Source: Bilabrum cf. latius | Lineage: Eukaryota | Direction: 5' to 3' | Length of the DNA: 64,000 bases | Assembly (NCBI GenBank): GCA_965178125.1 | Contig: OZ237739.1 | Location: 1,302,001-1,366,000 of the forward strand | In this document: positions 1 through 11,464 of the stretch, piece by piece | Position numbering within the stretch: position 1 is the stretch's first letter | Layout of the letters: each line of letters starts with the position of its first letter | Position numbers and translations under genes: made by a program | Notes under the pieces: generated by a model | The model's database searches: none | Seen by the model: the letters and a program-made list of their open reading frames with translations, nothing else | What the model was told of the DNA's origin: nothing

Positions 1-542
1 CCCATTGGAGCAGTGCGAGAAGGGAGGCTGCCCTGAGTGCGAGACAGTATGGTGAGTTTATAGCAAGGTTGGTCGCAGGCATTGGTGCCGTCGGGCCTCC
101 CGTGCATGTCCATGTGACCGGCGAGTTTCCAATCCCTTCGTGTTGTTCCATGGCCATCAGCAGCGCGCTTGCAAGACACCGTGCCGTACAGCACCATTTC
201 CTGTTGTCGTTGCTGTTGATTTTGTTTTGTACGTACCGCAGCAAGCCGGCGGTGTGCCACACGGAGTGCACTGCGCCCGCCGCCAAGTGCGAGTCTACCT
301 GCGAGAAGCCAGAGTGCCAATGGCAGTGCCACAAGCCAGCGGATTGCCCCAGGCCCAAGTGTGCCCTCGAGTGCGATGACACGCCTTGCCAGCACGTGCC
401 GGCCCCTCCAGCAGAGCCCTCCCCGGAGCCGGAGCCGACGAAGGAGGTGCACATGACGGTGCACACCTCGACCACTACCCATTCTCACACCTCGGTCCCC
501 GGTGCTGAGGCCGCTCCGGCAGCAGAGGCCAGCAGCGCTTGA
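1..542 (+). CDS. Cysteine-rich repeat protein, 5'-partial; exons <1-51 and 242-542, intron 52-241
   Basis: The exon PLEQCEKGGCPECETV-TG|GTGAGT...CCGCAG|C joins in frame to CKPAVCHTECTAPAAKCESTCEKPECQWQCHKPADCPRPKCALECDDTPC. It ends at TGA 540-542, overlapping AATAAA. Confidence 0.7.
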   Translation, partial: HWSSARREAALSARQYGEFIARLVAGIGAVGPPVHVHVTGEFPIPSCCSMAISSALARHRAVQHHFLLSLLLILFCTYRSKPAVCHTECTAPAAKCESTCEKPECQWQCHKPADCPRPKCALECDDTPCQHVPAPPAEPSPEPEPTKEVHMTVHTSTTTHSHTSVPGAEAAPAAEASSA

Positions 543-677
543 ATAAAATTACGCACTTTCAGGTTGTCATCTCAAAGTTTAATCTGTATTTGTGGGCATA
601 TCCGGGACAATTCCGTGTGGAGCTCCGTTCTTGACGTACAGCCTGTTCCTGCAGCTCACAACTAATCCAAGCAATAT

Positions 678-1997
678 ATGGCGGAAAGCTCGCCAATTCA
701 CGTGGTTCTCCTTGGTGACTCTACCCTTGATAATGTTGTGTGGGTGGGGGATCCAGGTGAAGCGGTTCCCAGCGTGTTGCAGTCGGAGCTCGCATCTGGC
801 GCAGGCGGCGATGGAACCGCAACGGATGTCCGTGTCACAAACTATGCGGCGGATGGCTTCACTGCAGGAGATGTATTGAGAGGCAATGGAGCAACGATAA
901 GCTGGAAGCGGCGCAAGGACACGGGGGATCCATTCCCGACATCGTCACCGTTTGAGACATTTCAGCCCCTCGTTTTCCTCGATTCTCTATTTCCTGCCAA
1001 ACCAGACGATAAAGAGGGCGGTTCTCCGACCCATGTTTTGTTGAGCGTCGGTGGGAATGATGTTAGGCACGTGCTCGGCGACATGCTCTCGCTGCCGGAC
1101 GCACTGAGGAGCCTTGTGGCCTCGTACTCGGGCGTTCTTGAGCAACTGCTCGCCATGAGGGAAAAGCACGGCGTACAAGTGGCCATCATGACCCAGTACC
1201 AGCCATGCTTTGCTACAGACTCAGAGTACTACGGCGTGTATTCCAGCCTGGCAAGCGCCGCAGGAGCGCTCGGTGTGGGGGGCGGTGCCAGCCTGAGTGG
1301 TGCCGGCGGGACCTCGCGCAGCGCGGTAATCGCCACTGGATCTGCCGTCCTACTGGCGGTAATGCGGCAGGTGTACGCCCCCATCATGGCCCTCGCATCC
1401 AAGCACCGCATCCCCGTGATCGACCTGGCCTCCTCCCTCGACCCCAGGGAGGCCTCGCTCTACTCGCACCAGATCGAGCCAAGTGCCGCGGGGGGCAAGC
1501 TGATCGCACAGCTTGCGGCGCACGTGATAGCTCGTCATGACTTCAAAGGGGCGGCAAAGGTGTACCGGGTTGAGCCTCCCTCGACTGCGAGGGCAGCTGG
1601 TGCTGGTGCTGGTGCTGGTGCTGGTGCTGGTGCTGGTGCTGGTGCTGGTGCTGGTGCTGGTGCTGGTGCTGGTGCTGGTGCTGGTGCTGGTGCTGGTGCT
1701 GGTGCTGGTGCTGGTGCTGGTGCTGGTGCTGGTGCTGGTGCTGGTGCTGGTGCTGGTGCTGGTGCTGGTGCTGGTGCTGGTGCTGGTGCTGGTGCTGGTG
1801 CTGGTGCTGGTGCTGGTGCTGGTGCTGGTGCTGGTGCTGGCACCAAGGCGGAAGCGTCAGGAGGTGGTGCCGCACCCGCTGCCAGCGGTGGAGAGAAGTG
1901 CGGCGAGACCGAGAGAGACGCCGAGAGAGAGGGCATCTCTGTTGTGGCCAGCGATTTGGGCGACGGTGCTGCATGGGCTCCGAAGGCTTTCACCTGA
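678..1997 (+). CDS. SGNH/GDSL-type hydrolase with a (Gly-Ala)n low-complexity tail, 439 aa
   Basis: Block I VVLLGDSTLDN, block III LSVGGND and C-terminal HQIEPSAAGGKLIA are present. Ends TGA. Confidence 0.85.
   Translation: MAESSPIHVVLLGDSTLDNVVWVGDPGEAVPSVLQSELASGAGGDGTATDVRVTNYAADGFTAGDVLRGNGATISWKRRKDTGDPFPTSSPFETFQPLVFLDSLFPAKPDDKEGGSPTHVLLSVGGNDVRHVLGDMLSLPDALRSLVASYSGVLEQLLAMREKHGVQVAIMTQYQPCFATDSEYYGVYSSLASAAGALGVGGGASLSGAGGTSRSAVIATGSAVLLAVMRQVYAPIMALASKHRIPVIDLASSLDPREASLYSHQIEPSAAGGKLIAQLAAHVIARHDFKGAAKVYRVEPPSTARAAGAGAGAGAGAGAGAGAGAGAGAGAGAGAGAGAGAGAGAGAGAGAGAGAGAGAGAGAGAGAGAGAGAGAGAGAGAGAGAGAGTKAEASGGGAAPAASGGEKCGETERDAEREGISVVASDLGDGAAWAPKAFT
1596..1840 (+). repeat. Perfect coding microsatellite (GCTGGT)~41 encoding (Ala-Gly)n
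   Basis: Uninterrupted hexamer array of about 245 bp, in frame in the SGNH gene. Confidence 0.97.
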
Positions 1998-2130
1998 GCT
2001 TAATAATGAGGGTTTGTGTCGTTATAGCCTAACATTTGTCACGTTGCCACCGTCCCGACACCCAGCGCTTCCAAACCGGAACCAGACCAGTGGATCCGTT
2101 GTCGTTGCGTTCACCTGTATAGCGTCTTTT

Positions 2131-5100
2131 ATGCAAGGGTCGGCACGATATGAAGGCCAGTTTGCACCGATAGATCCAACAACTAGAACTGCCACAGTAT
2201 CGGGCACGTTGAGGGCTCAGATCGCGCGGGGACTAGGTGCGAGCCTTCAGGTGGATGCTACTGCCGAAATCCGCAGGATTTCAGAGTCCCGAACAATGCG
2301 TACGACGCTGGCTGCCACAGCAGCCAAAGATGGGTATTTGGGAGACGTTAAACGGGACCGTGCGTTGGCTAAGGTGCCTCGATCGGTGCTGAGCCGCACG
2401 GCAGTGCGAATTGGCGACGCAACTGCGTCCGTTGCAGGTGCAAACCAAGACGCTGCCGCAGTTGCGAATGACATCGATGAATTCGAGCGACGTTTAGAAG
2501 AACAGAAGAAGGCAAAAAAGGAGAAAAGCAGGCGCAAGCGCGGCAAGTCGACCGCAAAGTCAGTTGGGGCCCCAGCTGCTGAATCAAAACATGAAGTGAC
2601 GTCCGCCATGCGAGAGCTGAAAGAAATCGTCGACAGAGAACAACGAGACGGCACCGCAGGCATGCTGGTCGCGAAATCCGCGACCGCGGCACCGAGAGGC
2701 GTCACTACCGGCAGGGCGCTCGCCTCGGATGCTGCCCCGCTCGCGGCGGGAGCTACGGCCGCCATGCGACCAGACGTGCTCGCCTCCGCCGTCCGCGATG
2801 CAGATCTCAGCAACATGCGAGTGCAGGCCTTGGACGACGAGCTGCGCCGCTTCAGCAGCTTGGAAGACCTCCGTGTGAGCGGGGCGTAGATGCCGCTCCT
2901 CGAGCTGGGCTGCCTGCCGCCCTCTATCCGCAGCGTGCAGGCATACGGCTCGGGGATCGAAGAGGTCGCTTGGAGGGAGGGAGAAGGAGAAAAGAGGGGG
3001 GGAATGTCAGGGGGGTGGGGAAGCCGGCCGCCCAGCCGCGTCACTCGTCACACGATGGGCACAAGTCCGGGCTCAAGTGCCGGCCCCAGCGCAAGCGCCA
3101 GTCCCAGCGGCTCGCCCCGCCCGGGCGCCTCCCGCCTTGGGGTCACCACCGCCTCGGATGGAGGCATTCGGAGCCGAATTTAGGCTCGAATGGGCGAGCA
3201 GCTCACTCGGCTGGTGCACCTGGGTCTGGGGCACAACTCGATCCGGAGGCTTCCGGCTGACTTGCCGTCGCGGTGCCATGCCCTCCGCAGCCTGGACCTC
3301 GGGTGGTGTTCCCTGGAGAACGGAGAGAACCTTCTGCAGCAGGCCGAAGAGCTCTCACGTCTGTCCCACCTAAACACCGCTGGCAACCCCTGCTGCATGG
3401 CGGTGGGGTTCAGGGCCGAGACGCTCGCCAGGCTGCTGGGCCCGCCTTTGGGCCGTCGCACCATCGTGCAGTGCAGCACGGGCGCCCCTGGCCTTTCGCT
3501 CCACGAGCTGGACGGTGCCGGCGCAGTCAACGGATCCAGGAGGTATCTGAGAGAGGTGCGAGCTAGGGTGGAGGAGGCTGCCGTGGGCGGAGGCGAGCAT
3601 GGGACTGGGGCTGGGGCTGAGGCTGCTGCGGTCGATGGTGCATCAGGGCTGGGCGGGATGTCTCCACCGGGACAGCAGGCGGTACCGCCGATCGAGGGGA
3701 TATCTACTTCTGATATCTCTGGCTCTGAGGCAGCTAGTGCTAGCCCTCGTGGCTCAGCTGATATCTCTGGCTCTGAGGCAGCTAGTGCTAGCCCTCGTGG
3801 CTCAGCTGATATCTCTGGCTCTGAGGCAGCTAGTGCTAGCCCTCGTGGCTCAGCTGTAGCAGTTCCAATGTCTGGCCTGGCGCGATTGAACGATTTCCTG
3901 AAGCGTGCCCAGCGCTGCAGTGGCATGGCCTGGGAAGCTGCTGCTAGTTCACAGTAGGGCAAGTCACAGGGGAAGGAAGGGACAGGCGATGGCTCTCCTC
4001 CTACGTCTCCCTCTGATGGATACACAGAGGGCTCCAAGCCAGCCACCTCCCGCAGCAGCGCACGGAGCAGCAAGGGCAGCAGCAAGGGAAAGGGGGCCAA
4101 GGGCAAAGGCAAGACAGCCTCCCCGCGCCCTGCATCCGGCGCAGGTAACAGCAGCGGGGATGAGTCCGCCCAGCCAGCAAAGCCTCGCTTCAGGGCGGAA
4201 GTGTCCCCGCCGCTGCAACGGGTCCTGTAGCCGCTGCAGCCCGGCCTCAAGTGGAGGGGGAGCGCAGCCTCAGGGGCGTACGCCCTGGCCGGCCCACCTG
4301 CTCTAGAGGACGGCCTGGTGCTCCTGCGGGTGGGTGTGGGCGCGCTGTGGGGCCTACCCGCAGTGGAGCCGGTGCTAATGAGGCTGCTGCCTAGTCCCGG
4401 AGGTGGGGCGGGAGGTGGGGCGGGAGGTGGGGCGGCGGGGGGAACTGACCTTGGGTACGACCAGTACCTGGAGTTGCTTGCAGCTGCGATTACGCGGCAG
4501 AAGTAGGTCGATGATTCCGCGATGGCAGCCGTGGCAGGGACCGACGAGGGTGAGGGTAAAGAAGCTGCAGGCGGGGGCGAGGCAGTGGGCGATTCTGCGG
4601 CAGGACGCTTGGGCAAGCCATCGCCGCGGGCAGGGAAAGGAAAAGGAAAGGACAAAGGCAAGAACGAAAAGAAGGCAAAGGGCAAAGCCAAGGGCAAGGG
4701 CAAGGGCAAGGGCAAGGGCAAGGGAAAAGGCGGTGGGGCCGGCGAGAAGGCCGAGGAGCTGCGGGGTATCCGGCAAGCGTGCCAGCGCGCAGCAGCAGAT
4801 GCCATATTGGACTGGTGCGCAGCGGGGGCCAGGCGCACGCGTCTGGTCCTGTCGGTGGGTCTCCGCGTGCCGCCGCCGCTGGCAGCAGAGCAGGCTAGAA
4901 CGGCAGACCCGCTCGTCACGGCGGGGGTGCTGTTTCCGGCGGTGCCATCGGCGCAAGAGCCCGAGGCAATGACGCAGGCGGTCTCGGCGGCGGCGGCTGC
5001 TGCTGTGGCAGTAGACTCCGAGTCTGGCGATCGAGGTTCGGAATCAGGTTCAGGGAGTCCCAAGGCCAATGGCCGCAGCGGAAACAGCAAGGGAAAGGGG

Positions 5101-6717
5101 GGAGCGTCCAAGGGCAAGAAGGTGTCCCCGAAGGGAAAAGGAATGGGCAAAGGGTAGGAAGAAGAAGAGGAGGATGATGGGGGAATGCGGGAGGTCAAGG
5201 AGCAAATCAGCATCGCCGAGGAGCTGCGTCGGCGCATGTGGTCGAGGGAACTGCCGCCGGCAGTGGTGCCTGACTTGCGGGCATGCGTGGCGGCCCGTCC
5301 GTCTGTCGCAGTCAGGGACGCAGCGGCACACGAGGGGCTGTGGGTGTCTCTGGTGGAAGAAGAGCTGGACATGGAGGTGGGGAAAGTGGACGGGAGCGGC
5401 GGAGATGCCGCTGAAAGTACGAGAACCCCACCTGATTTCTGGGAGTCCGTCTCCGGTGTGGTGGAGGCTGTGCCTGAGGGTCATGTAGCGGAGCATGAGG
5501 TGCTGGCAGCCGGGGCCTCTCTCCCAAGATAGGACTAGGACTAGGGCCAGGAGGGTGTCAAGAGTAGCAGCATCGCGGGCCTGGACCTGGCGGGGTACGA
5601 GGCACTGAGGCGGAAGGAGGACCGGGTGCTGCAGGGCAAGGAGGATGAAGATGAAGATGAGGAGGAGGAGGACATAGCGGAACCAGGTGCTCCTGCCGGT
5701 GTGGCTGCATCGGGCGCGGCCATCCCAGGAGGATCTCCTCCGCACCGGCAGCAGCCGAGGGTGCTACGGAGGAGGCTCCTGGCGGAGGGGTACCTGCCCG
5801 CTGGAGACCTGCCGTGTCCAGGCACGGAGCATCAGTGGGCAGCTGAGGCAACCGGCAAGGAGGCGTGGCAGGCGGCGGCACGGGCTGCGGAGTGCGGGGG
5901 TGCCGCAACTCCAGCCGAAGCGCTTGCACTGGAAGGGGTTTCTGCCTCCAGTATGGACGATGGCGATGGTGCTCAGGCAAAGGGCAAGGGCAAGGAGAAG
6001 AGCAAGGCAAAGGGCAAAGGGAAGGGGAAGAAGGGGGGGGCTGATCCGGAACAGGAAGATGTGCCACAACCCGCCGTGAGGCCAGTCTCCAAGGCACAAC
6101 AGGACCCTGCCGAAGCCGTGGCTGCGCGGCGCCGCGCTGGACAGGTTCCGCTGCAGCTCCACTGGCGCGAGCTGCCGTGTGCGTTGAGAAGGGCGGCTCT
6201 GGCGGTGTCACTGGCCAGGGTGGTGCGGCGGCGCGGGGGTTAGGGCCTGGAGGATGTTCGGGGCAGCAGGGGCGGTGCTGTGGGTGGTGGAGAGGGGGGG
6301 GAAGAGGAGGAGGGCGATGGCGGGGACGAGGCTAGGGCGCTTCGGGCAGCGGCCCAGGCTGTGCCCGCCCCCGCCGTGCTGTCTGCCCCGGCATGCCAGG
6401 CGGCCAGTGGTGCGACGAGCGGGAGCATGGTGTTTGGGGTGGCGTTGAGGAGGGGCGAGGGCGAGCTGGACGAGGTGCAGGGTGTGCAGGGGGTGATGAA
6501 GGTTAGTCTCCGAGCCATCAAGAGAGGGTTGTAGTCGTGGCCACTGGATGGCGAGAGGGTGCCCAAGGAGGGTGGCCCTGCGTCTGACAAAGAGGGCGCG
6601 GTGTCTGGAGACGGTGGTGGCGAAGCAGCGCGTGCGACTGGGATCCCGCCCCTCGTGGCTTGGACATCGTTCGAGGCGCTGCGGACTGGGTGCTGGTTCG
6701 CAGAGGATGGCTCTTAA
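2131..6717 (+). CDS. Leucine-rich repeat protein (LRRC43-like), ~1528 aa with TAG=Gln
   Basis: One frame from ATG 2131 interrupted only by 11 TAGs (2887, 3181, 3955, 4228, 4504, 5155, 5530, 5536, 5542, 6241, 6532), ending at TAA 6715. LRRs: FSSLEDLRVSG, LTRLVHLGLGHNSI, LRSLDLGWCSL, and cap LSHLNTAGNPCC. The LRRC43 resemblance is from memory. Confidence 0.75.
3710..3856 (+). repeat. Three perfect tandem copies of a 48-bp coding unit (DISGSEAASASPRGSA)
   Basis: CTGATATCTCTGGCTCTGAGGCAGCTAGTGCTAGCCCTCGTGGCTCAG starts at 3710, 3758 and 3806. Confidence 0.95.
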
Positions 6718-6877
6718 TCTGCGGCGGCGCATCGATGGTGGCTGTGGACGCGACGGGGGCTTGCAGGTATTTGAAGTTTGCTCCTTGAATTTTCCACCTA
6801 GGAATTCGCAATCCACCGCACGGTGACCGTGCACTGCACCGGCAGTGGCCCTTGGACTCGGAGCGTCAGCTAGATAT

Positions 6878-8887
6878 ATGCTTTTCTCTACTTTTTTTCG
6901 TGCCATGCTCCGACAATGTGGGTCGCGGTTCTTTCGACTGAGCTGTGGGAAACACCGCAGCGTGCAGACCCGGTCCTTGCTCCCCAGCGGACGAATTTTG
7001 AAGTCCATCACCAGCAAGTGCTTCGCGATGGATAGCAGAGAGGTATCCCGCTCCATCGCTTCATCGGCGACAAATTCTCAATCTCAGAGGCAACGAAAAG
7101 CTAAAGCATCGTAGGGATAGTAGCAGCAGCAACCGCAAAAGAGATCTGAGCCTCCCAAGAGTAGGAGAGGAGCTGGCGTGGAGAACCAGGTAGTGCTATC
7201 GATGTCGGGGATCACCAAGGTGATTCCAGGCAACCGATAGCTGTTGAAGGATGCAAGCATGTCATTTTGGCAAGGCGCTAAGATTGGGGTCCTTGGTCTT
7301 AATGGATCAGGCAAGAGCACACTGCTGAAGATTCTGGGCGGAGTTGACAAGGACTACGATGGCGAAGTCACGCTCAAGACGGGCCTGCGAGTCGGGTATT
7401 TGCACCAAGAGCCTCCAATGAGGCAAGGATCAACCGTTAAAGAAGCGATTTTCGAGGGCTTGCGGGAGCAGCTGGATCTGATCGACCGGTTCAATGACCT
7501 CAGCAATCGAATGGGCGAGCCAGACGCCGATTTCGACAAGCTGATTGAGGAGCAGGCAGAGGTTTAGGGATTAATCGAAGCCGCGGATGGATGGAACCTG
7601 GAGCACCTGGTAGGAATCGCAAAGCGCGGCCTGAACGTGCCCCCGGACGACGCTCTGGTGGATTCGCTTAGCGGCGGGGAGAGGCGGCGTGTTGCCCTCT
7701 GCCGGCTGCTGGTCGAGAAGCCCGACCTGCTGCTGCTGGACGAGCCCACAAACCACCTGGATGCAGAGTCCGTCCACTGGCTTGAGAGGTTCCTGGAATC
7801 GTATCCCGGTACTGTGCTTGCGGTGACACACGACAGGTATTTCTTAGACAGCGTGGCCGGATGGATCCTGGAGGTGGATAGAGGAAATTTGTACCCTTAC
7901 GCTGGCAACTACAGGGTCTGGCTCGAGCGCAAGCAGGAACGGTTGAACTCGGAAGCGCGAGCAGACAAGGCGGCCAAGCGGGAGCTGGACGAGGAGCTCC
8001 AGTGGATCCGGGCGGGCACCAACGGGAGGCAGCGCAAGAGTGGTGCTCGGATTAAGGCATTCGAAGGCAAGCAGGACGATCTGCTGGCCAAGCAGCAGGC
8101 GCAGAGGTTCAAGACGGGAAGGATCGCCATTCCCCCTGGTCCTCGCCTGGGTCACGATGTAGTGCAGGTGGAGAACCTCACCATCTCCGTGCCCAAGGAC
8201 CGGCCGACCGGGGGCGACGGTCGCGAGGGAATCGACACAGAGGACGATGGGTCGGGCGAGCGGAGGATTTTGGTGGAGGAAGCCACGTTTACCATTCCCC
8301 GTGGAGCTCTGGTGGCCGTGGTGGGGCCCAATGGGGCGGGCAAGAGCACGCTCATGCAGACCCTCCTGGGACTCCGGAAGCCAGACTCTGGCAAGCTCGT
8401 GCTCGGCAAGACGGTGCAGCACGCGTACGCAGACCAGGGGCGCAACCTGGAAGAAGGCTAGACGGTGATACAGGCCGTCGCTCAGAACCAGGAGAACGTC
8501 GCGGTGGGAGACCTCACCGTCCACACGCAGCACTACCTCGCCAAGTTCAGCCTCTCGGGCGCCATGTCCAAGAAGATGGTCAGGGACCTTTCCGGCGGCG
8601 AGCGGTCGCGGGTCCATCTTGCTCGAACTCTGCTGAAGCCATGCAACGTGCTTGTGCTGGATGAGCCCACGAACGATCTCGACGTGGAGACTCTGCGCAG
8701 TCTGGAGGAGGCGCTCGAGCAATACTAGGGAAGCGCTCTCGTCGTCAGCCACGACAGGTACTTCTTAGACAGAGTCTGCACTCACGTGCTTAGTTTCGAA
8801 GGAAATGGCAAGCTACGTTGGTTCGAAGGGTCCTTTTCGGACTGGGAGCAGCGCTACGGCGCCAAGACCAAGCTGGCCACCTCGTGA
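6878..8887 (+). CDS. ettA: ABC-F ATPase, EttA-like, with a putative mitochondrial presequence, ~669 aa
   Basis: Motifs [105 protein letters not shown] and [12 protein letters not shown]. Continuous through 7 TAGs (7112, 7118, 7121, 7238, 7565, 8459, 8726) to TGA 8885. Start is 6878 or 6905. Confidence 0.92.
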
Positions 8888-9007
8888 ACCTTGCGGCTAC
8901 CGCTGCATGACGTGTACATTGTATTGAACAGAAACAACCAGTTGCGTGTGGTAGTGAAACTAGAAGAGAACAGATTGAGAGACAGTCAACAACATGGGCA
9001 AGTTGCA

Positions 9008-11464
9008 TCACTTGCCGCCCTTGGCCTTTGTGGCCTCCGACTTTGGCAAAAAGGCGGGGGGCTGTCCTCCCGCACCTGCACCTGCTGCACCTGCAGCGAC
9101 TTTCTTGCCCCATTCGCCAGAAGGAGCTGCGCCCGCGGGGGCAGCCGCTGCCTTCCCTCCCTCGCCGAGGCTCGGGAACGACCCAGGCTGGACGGTGTTT
9201 TTGGGTGTCGCCGATGACGAGGACTTCGCCTTGCTGGAGGAACCGCCCCCCTGCCCACCCTTCTTGCCACTGCCACCTCCACCGCCACCCCCGCCGCCAG
9301 ACCGATTGCTCCTCCCCCTCCCATTCCCTCTGCCATTGCCCCCGTTGTGCTTGCCACCCCCACCCCCACCGCCACCCCCGCGACGGTCACCACCACCACC
9401 ACTGCCCTGCTGCCGCCCCCGACCCTATCCCTATCCCTATCCCTATCCCTATCCCTATCCCTATCCCTATCCAGGACGCGGCTGCGCGAACCCCTACACA
9501 GGCACACCCCCCCCCTGCATGGGCGGCCTCGGAGCCTGCATGCCCCCTTGCATGCCAGCGCCCGCCACCGGCAATGCCATGCCTCCATGCTAGCCGGGCA
9601 TACCTGGCATGCCACCAGCGGGATACCCCATCATCGGCGCCCCAGGACCGCCAGGAGGTATCCCCTGATAGAACTGCGGAGGCGGGGGCGCGCCCATGTA
9701 TGGGCCTGTCGCACCCTGCACGAATGGCTGCGGCATGCCCCCCATGGGCACCCCTCTCGGAGGCATGGTGCCGGCCCCCGGACCGCCCATCCCGCCTCCC
9801 ATCGGCATGGACATGGGCACGCGGGCACCGCCCCAGCCGCCAGCATGCGGGGGTGCCATGCCCATCGAGGTGTGCACTGGCGGTGGGCCCATTGCCTGGC
9901 CAGGCCCTGCCATCGGCATGCTAGGGTGTGGCCACCCCTAGCTTGCTGCCATGCCCGGGCGTGGGCCCGGCGCTGACTGGCCTGTCGGCTTGAAGACGGG
10001 GGCGTTCGGATCTAGCTTGAACGGTGCGGCATTAGGGTCGAGCTTAGTCTTTGCCTTGGCTGGTGCCGGTGCTGGAGCCGGCGCTTGGCCCTAAGATGCC
10101 GCAGCAGGTGCAGGTGCAGGAACAGGTGCAGGAGCAGTGGCCGGGGCCAAGGCAGCAGCTGAACCGAGTCTCTAGTTCAGACCCATGGAGAACTGCCTCA
10201 AACTCTCCACCTCTGTTTGGCGATCCACTGAAGCAGGCTTTCCTTTAGAGCTGGAGCTCTTGTGCACCAACTTGTGACCCTTCTTCCCACCGTGCCTGGA
10301 CAGGGCCTTGCGATGGGCGTGCCCATCCTCTTCGAGCTTCTGGAACACCCTTGCCTTGACGTCCAGCTGCTTCTTGGCTTGTTGGTTCCCGACGGGTGCA
10401 GCAGCCGGGGCAGCAGCCGGGGCAGCAGCCGGGGCAGGAACGGGAGCAGGAGCGGGAGCAGGAACGGGTGCCGGGACGGTACGGCGAACGTCAGAGAACC
10501 TTCCCTCGGAGTCTTTCTCGTCCTTGCCACCCGCCGCTGCCCCGGTCCTCCAGCTCTTGGCACCCTCCGCCGCTCCCGGCGAGCCCATGGGAGCAGCTCC
10601 ATGGCCGATGGATTTGCCCTTGCCTTTGCCCTCGATGGCTGCGGCCGCCCTGGCGATTTTCCTCCGGTCCTCTGCAGAGAGCTCCCTCTCGTCCACCTTT
10701 TTGGTCGTGTAGTCCTGCTCCTTGAAGCCGTCGAACTTGACACCGATGTTCTCATTGGCCTTGAACTGATCGAAGGATTTGCCGGAGGAGATGGCGTCGT
10801 TCGGGGCGCTCCCGGCGTCCTGGGGCTGCAGCCACGACTGGTCCACGTCCTCCAGCTTGCGCTCGCCGCCGGCTGCACCGCCGTGCCCCTGGCGTGCCTG
10901 GGCCACTCGCTGCCCGATCTGCGCGTCCGTCGTTCCAGAGATAGACCCGGATGCCATGGACGTGCCGCCGTCGGGGAAGTACGCATCTTCTGCGCACATC
11001 TCTTCGATGGCAGTCCACGGGATAGTGAGGAAGTTTGCTTGCTTCTTTGGAAGTGAGATCGCCGACTCAAGAGAACCCTTCTTCTGCGCGCAACAAAAAA
11101 TAAATCATGCATGTTGCGTAGAATGATAGGAGTCCATACTTAGGCCACGCCACGATAAATTCCAGGCCAGTGTGAACTTACGGCGCAGTAATAGTGCTGC
11201 AGGTTCACCGACTGCTGGCTCGAGTTCGACCTGTCGCTTGAATGGTATTGCCCAATCCATTCCGATCCGTCGACACAATAGACAGTGACCTTCTCTCCCT
11301 GCGAAGATGCAAACAGGCATATTGGCACGGGTCCAGGTATCACCAGGGTGTAGCCGCACGTAGAACTCACATTCATGCCGCACGTGCGCAATACTGGTGA
11401 CCAAGCCCCGAGTTCTTACCTGGAGAGCAGTGAATGCATAAAGGACGCGCTCAGCCGATGACAT
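9008..11464 (-). CDS. ATXN2: Ataxin-2/Pbp1-like protein (Lsm, LsmAD, tandem PAM2, Pro/Gly/Met-rich and RG-rich tail), ~745 aa; exons 11464-11420, 11298-11182, 11083-9008
   Basis: Sm-like start ERVLYAFTALQGEKVTVYCVDGSEWIG, LsmAD FDQFKANENIGVKFDGFKEQDYTT, and PAM2 KLDPNAAPFKLDPNAPVFKP. Two GT-AG introns (121 and 98 nt) keep frame. About 13 in-frame TAGs. Ends TGA 9010-9008. Confidence 0.85.
9425..9472 (-). repeat. (GGATAG)8 coding repeat = (Gly-Gln)8 under TAG=Gln
   Basis: (CTATCC)8 on the plus strand, read GGA TAG in the ataxin-2 frame. Confidence 0.9.

Noticed and set aside
1537-2130. Poly-(Leu-Val) N-terminus of ORF 1537-2889
   Set aside because: It is an alternative-frame reading of the GCTGGT array in the SGNH gene. 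The LRR gene more plausibly starts at ATG 2131.
3710-3856. 48-bp repeats as a CRISPR array
   Set aside because: The copies are head-to-tail with no spacers, in-frame coding, in a eukaryotic context.
3180-5372. Long antisense ORFs (e.g. 3180-5372 -, 11934-13442 +, 37965-39314 +)
   Set aside because: These are shadow frames of GC-rich genes on the opposite strand, with Ser/Pro-rich translations and no domains.
7112-8887. Pyrrolysine, programmed readthrough or A-to-I editing (UAG to Trp)
   Set aside because: The TAG contexts share no motif, occur many times per gene, and map to Gln positions and Gln tracts rather than Trp or catalytic sites.
6878-8887. Bacterial contamination or a recoded phage origin suggested by EttA and RsfS
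   Set aside because: Neighbouring genes are eukaryote-specific with spliceosomal introns, both genes carry presequences, and the RsfS gene itself has an intron.
9425-9472. (CCCTAT)n as an interstitial telomere-like repeat
   Set aside because: It is short, not TTAGGG, and sits in frame as (Gly-Gln)8 in a Gly/Gln-rich protein tail.
11140-11142. In-frame TAA in ataxin-2, and TGAs at 16556 and 57875, as further reassigned codons
   Set aside because: Each lies inside a canonical GT-AG intron whose removal restores the frame.
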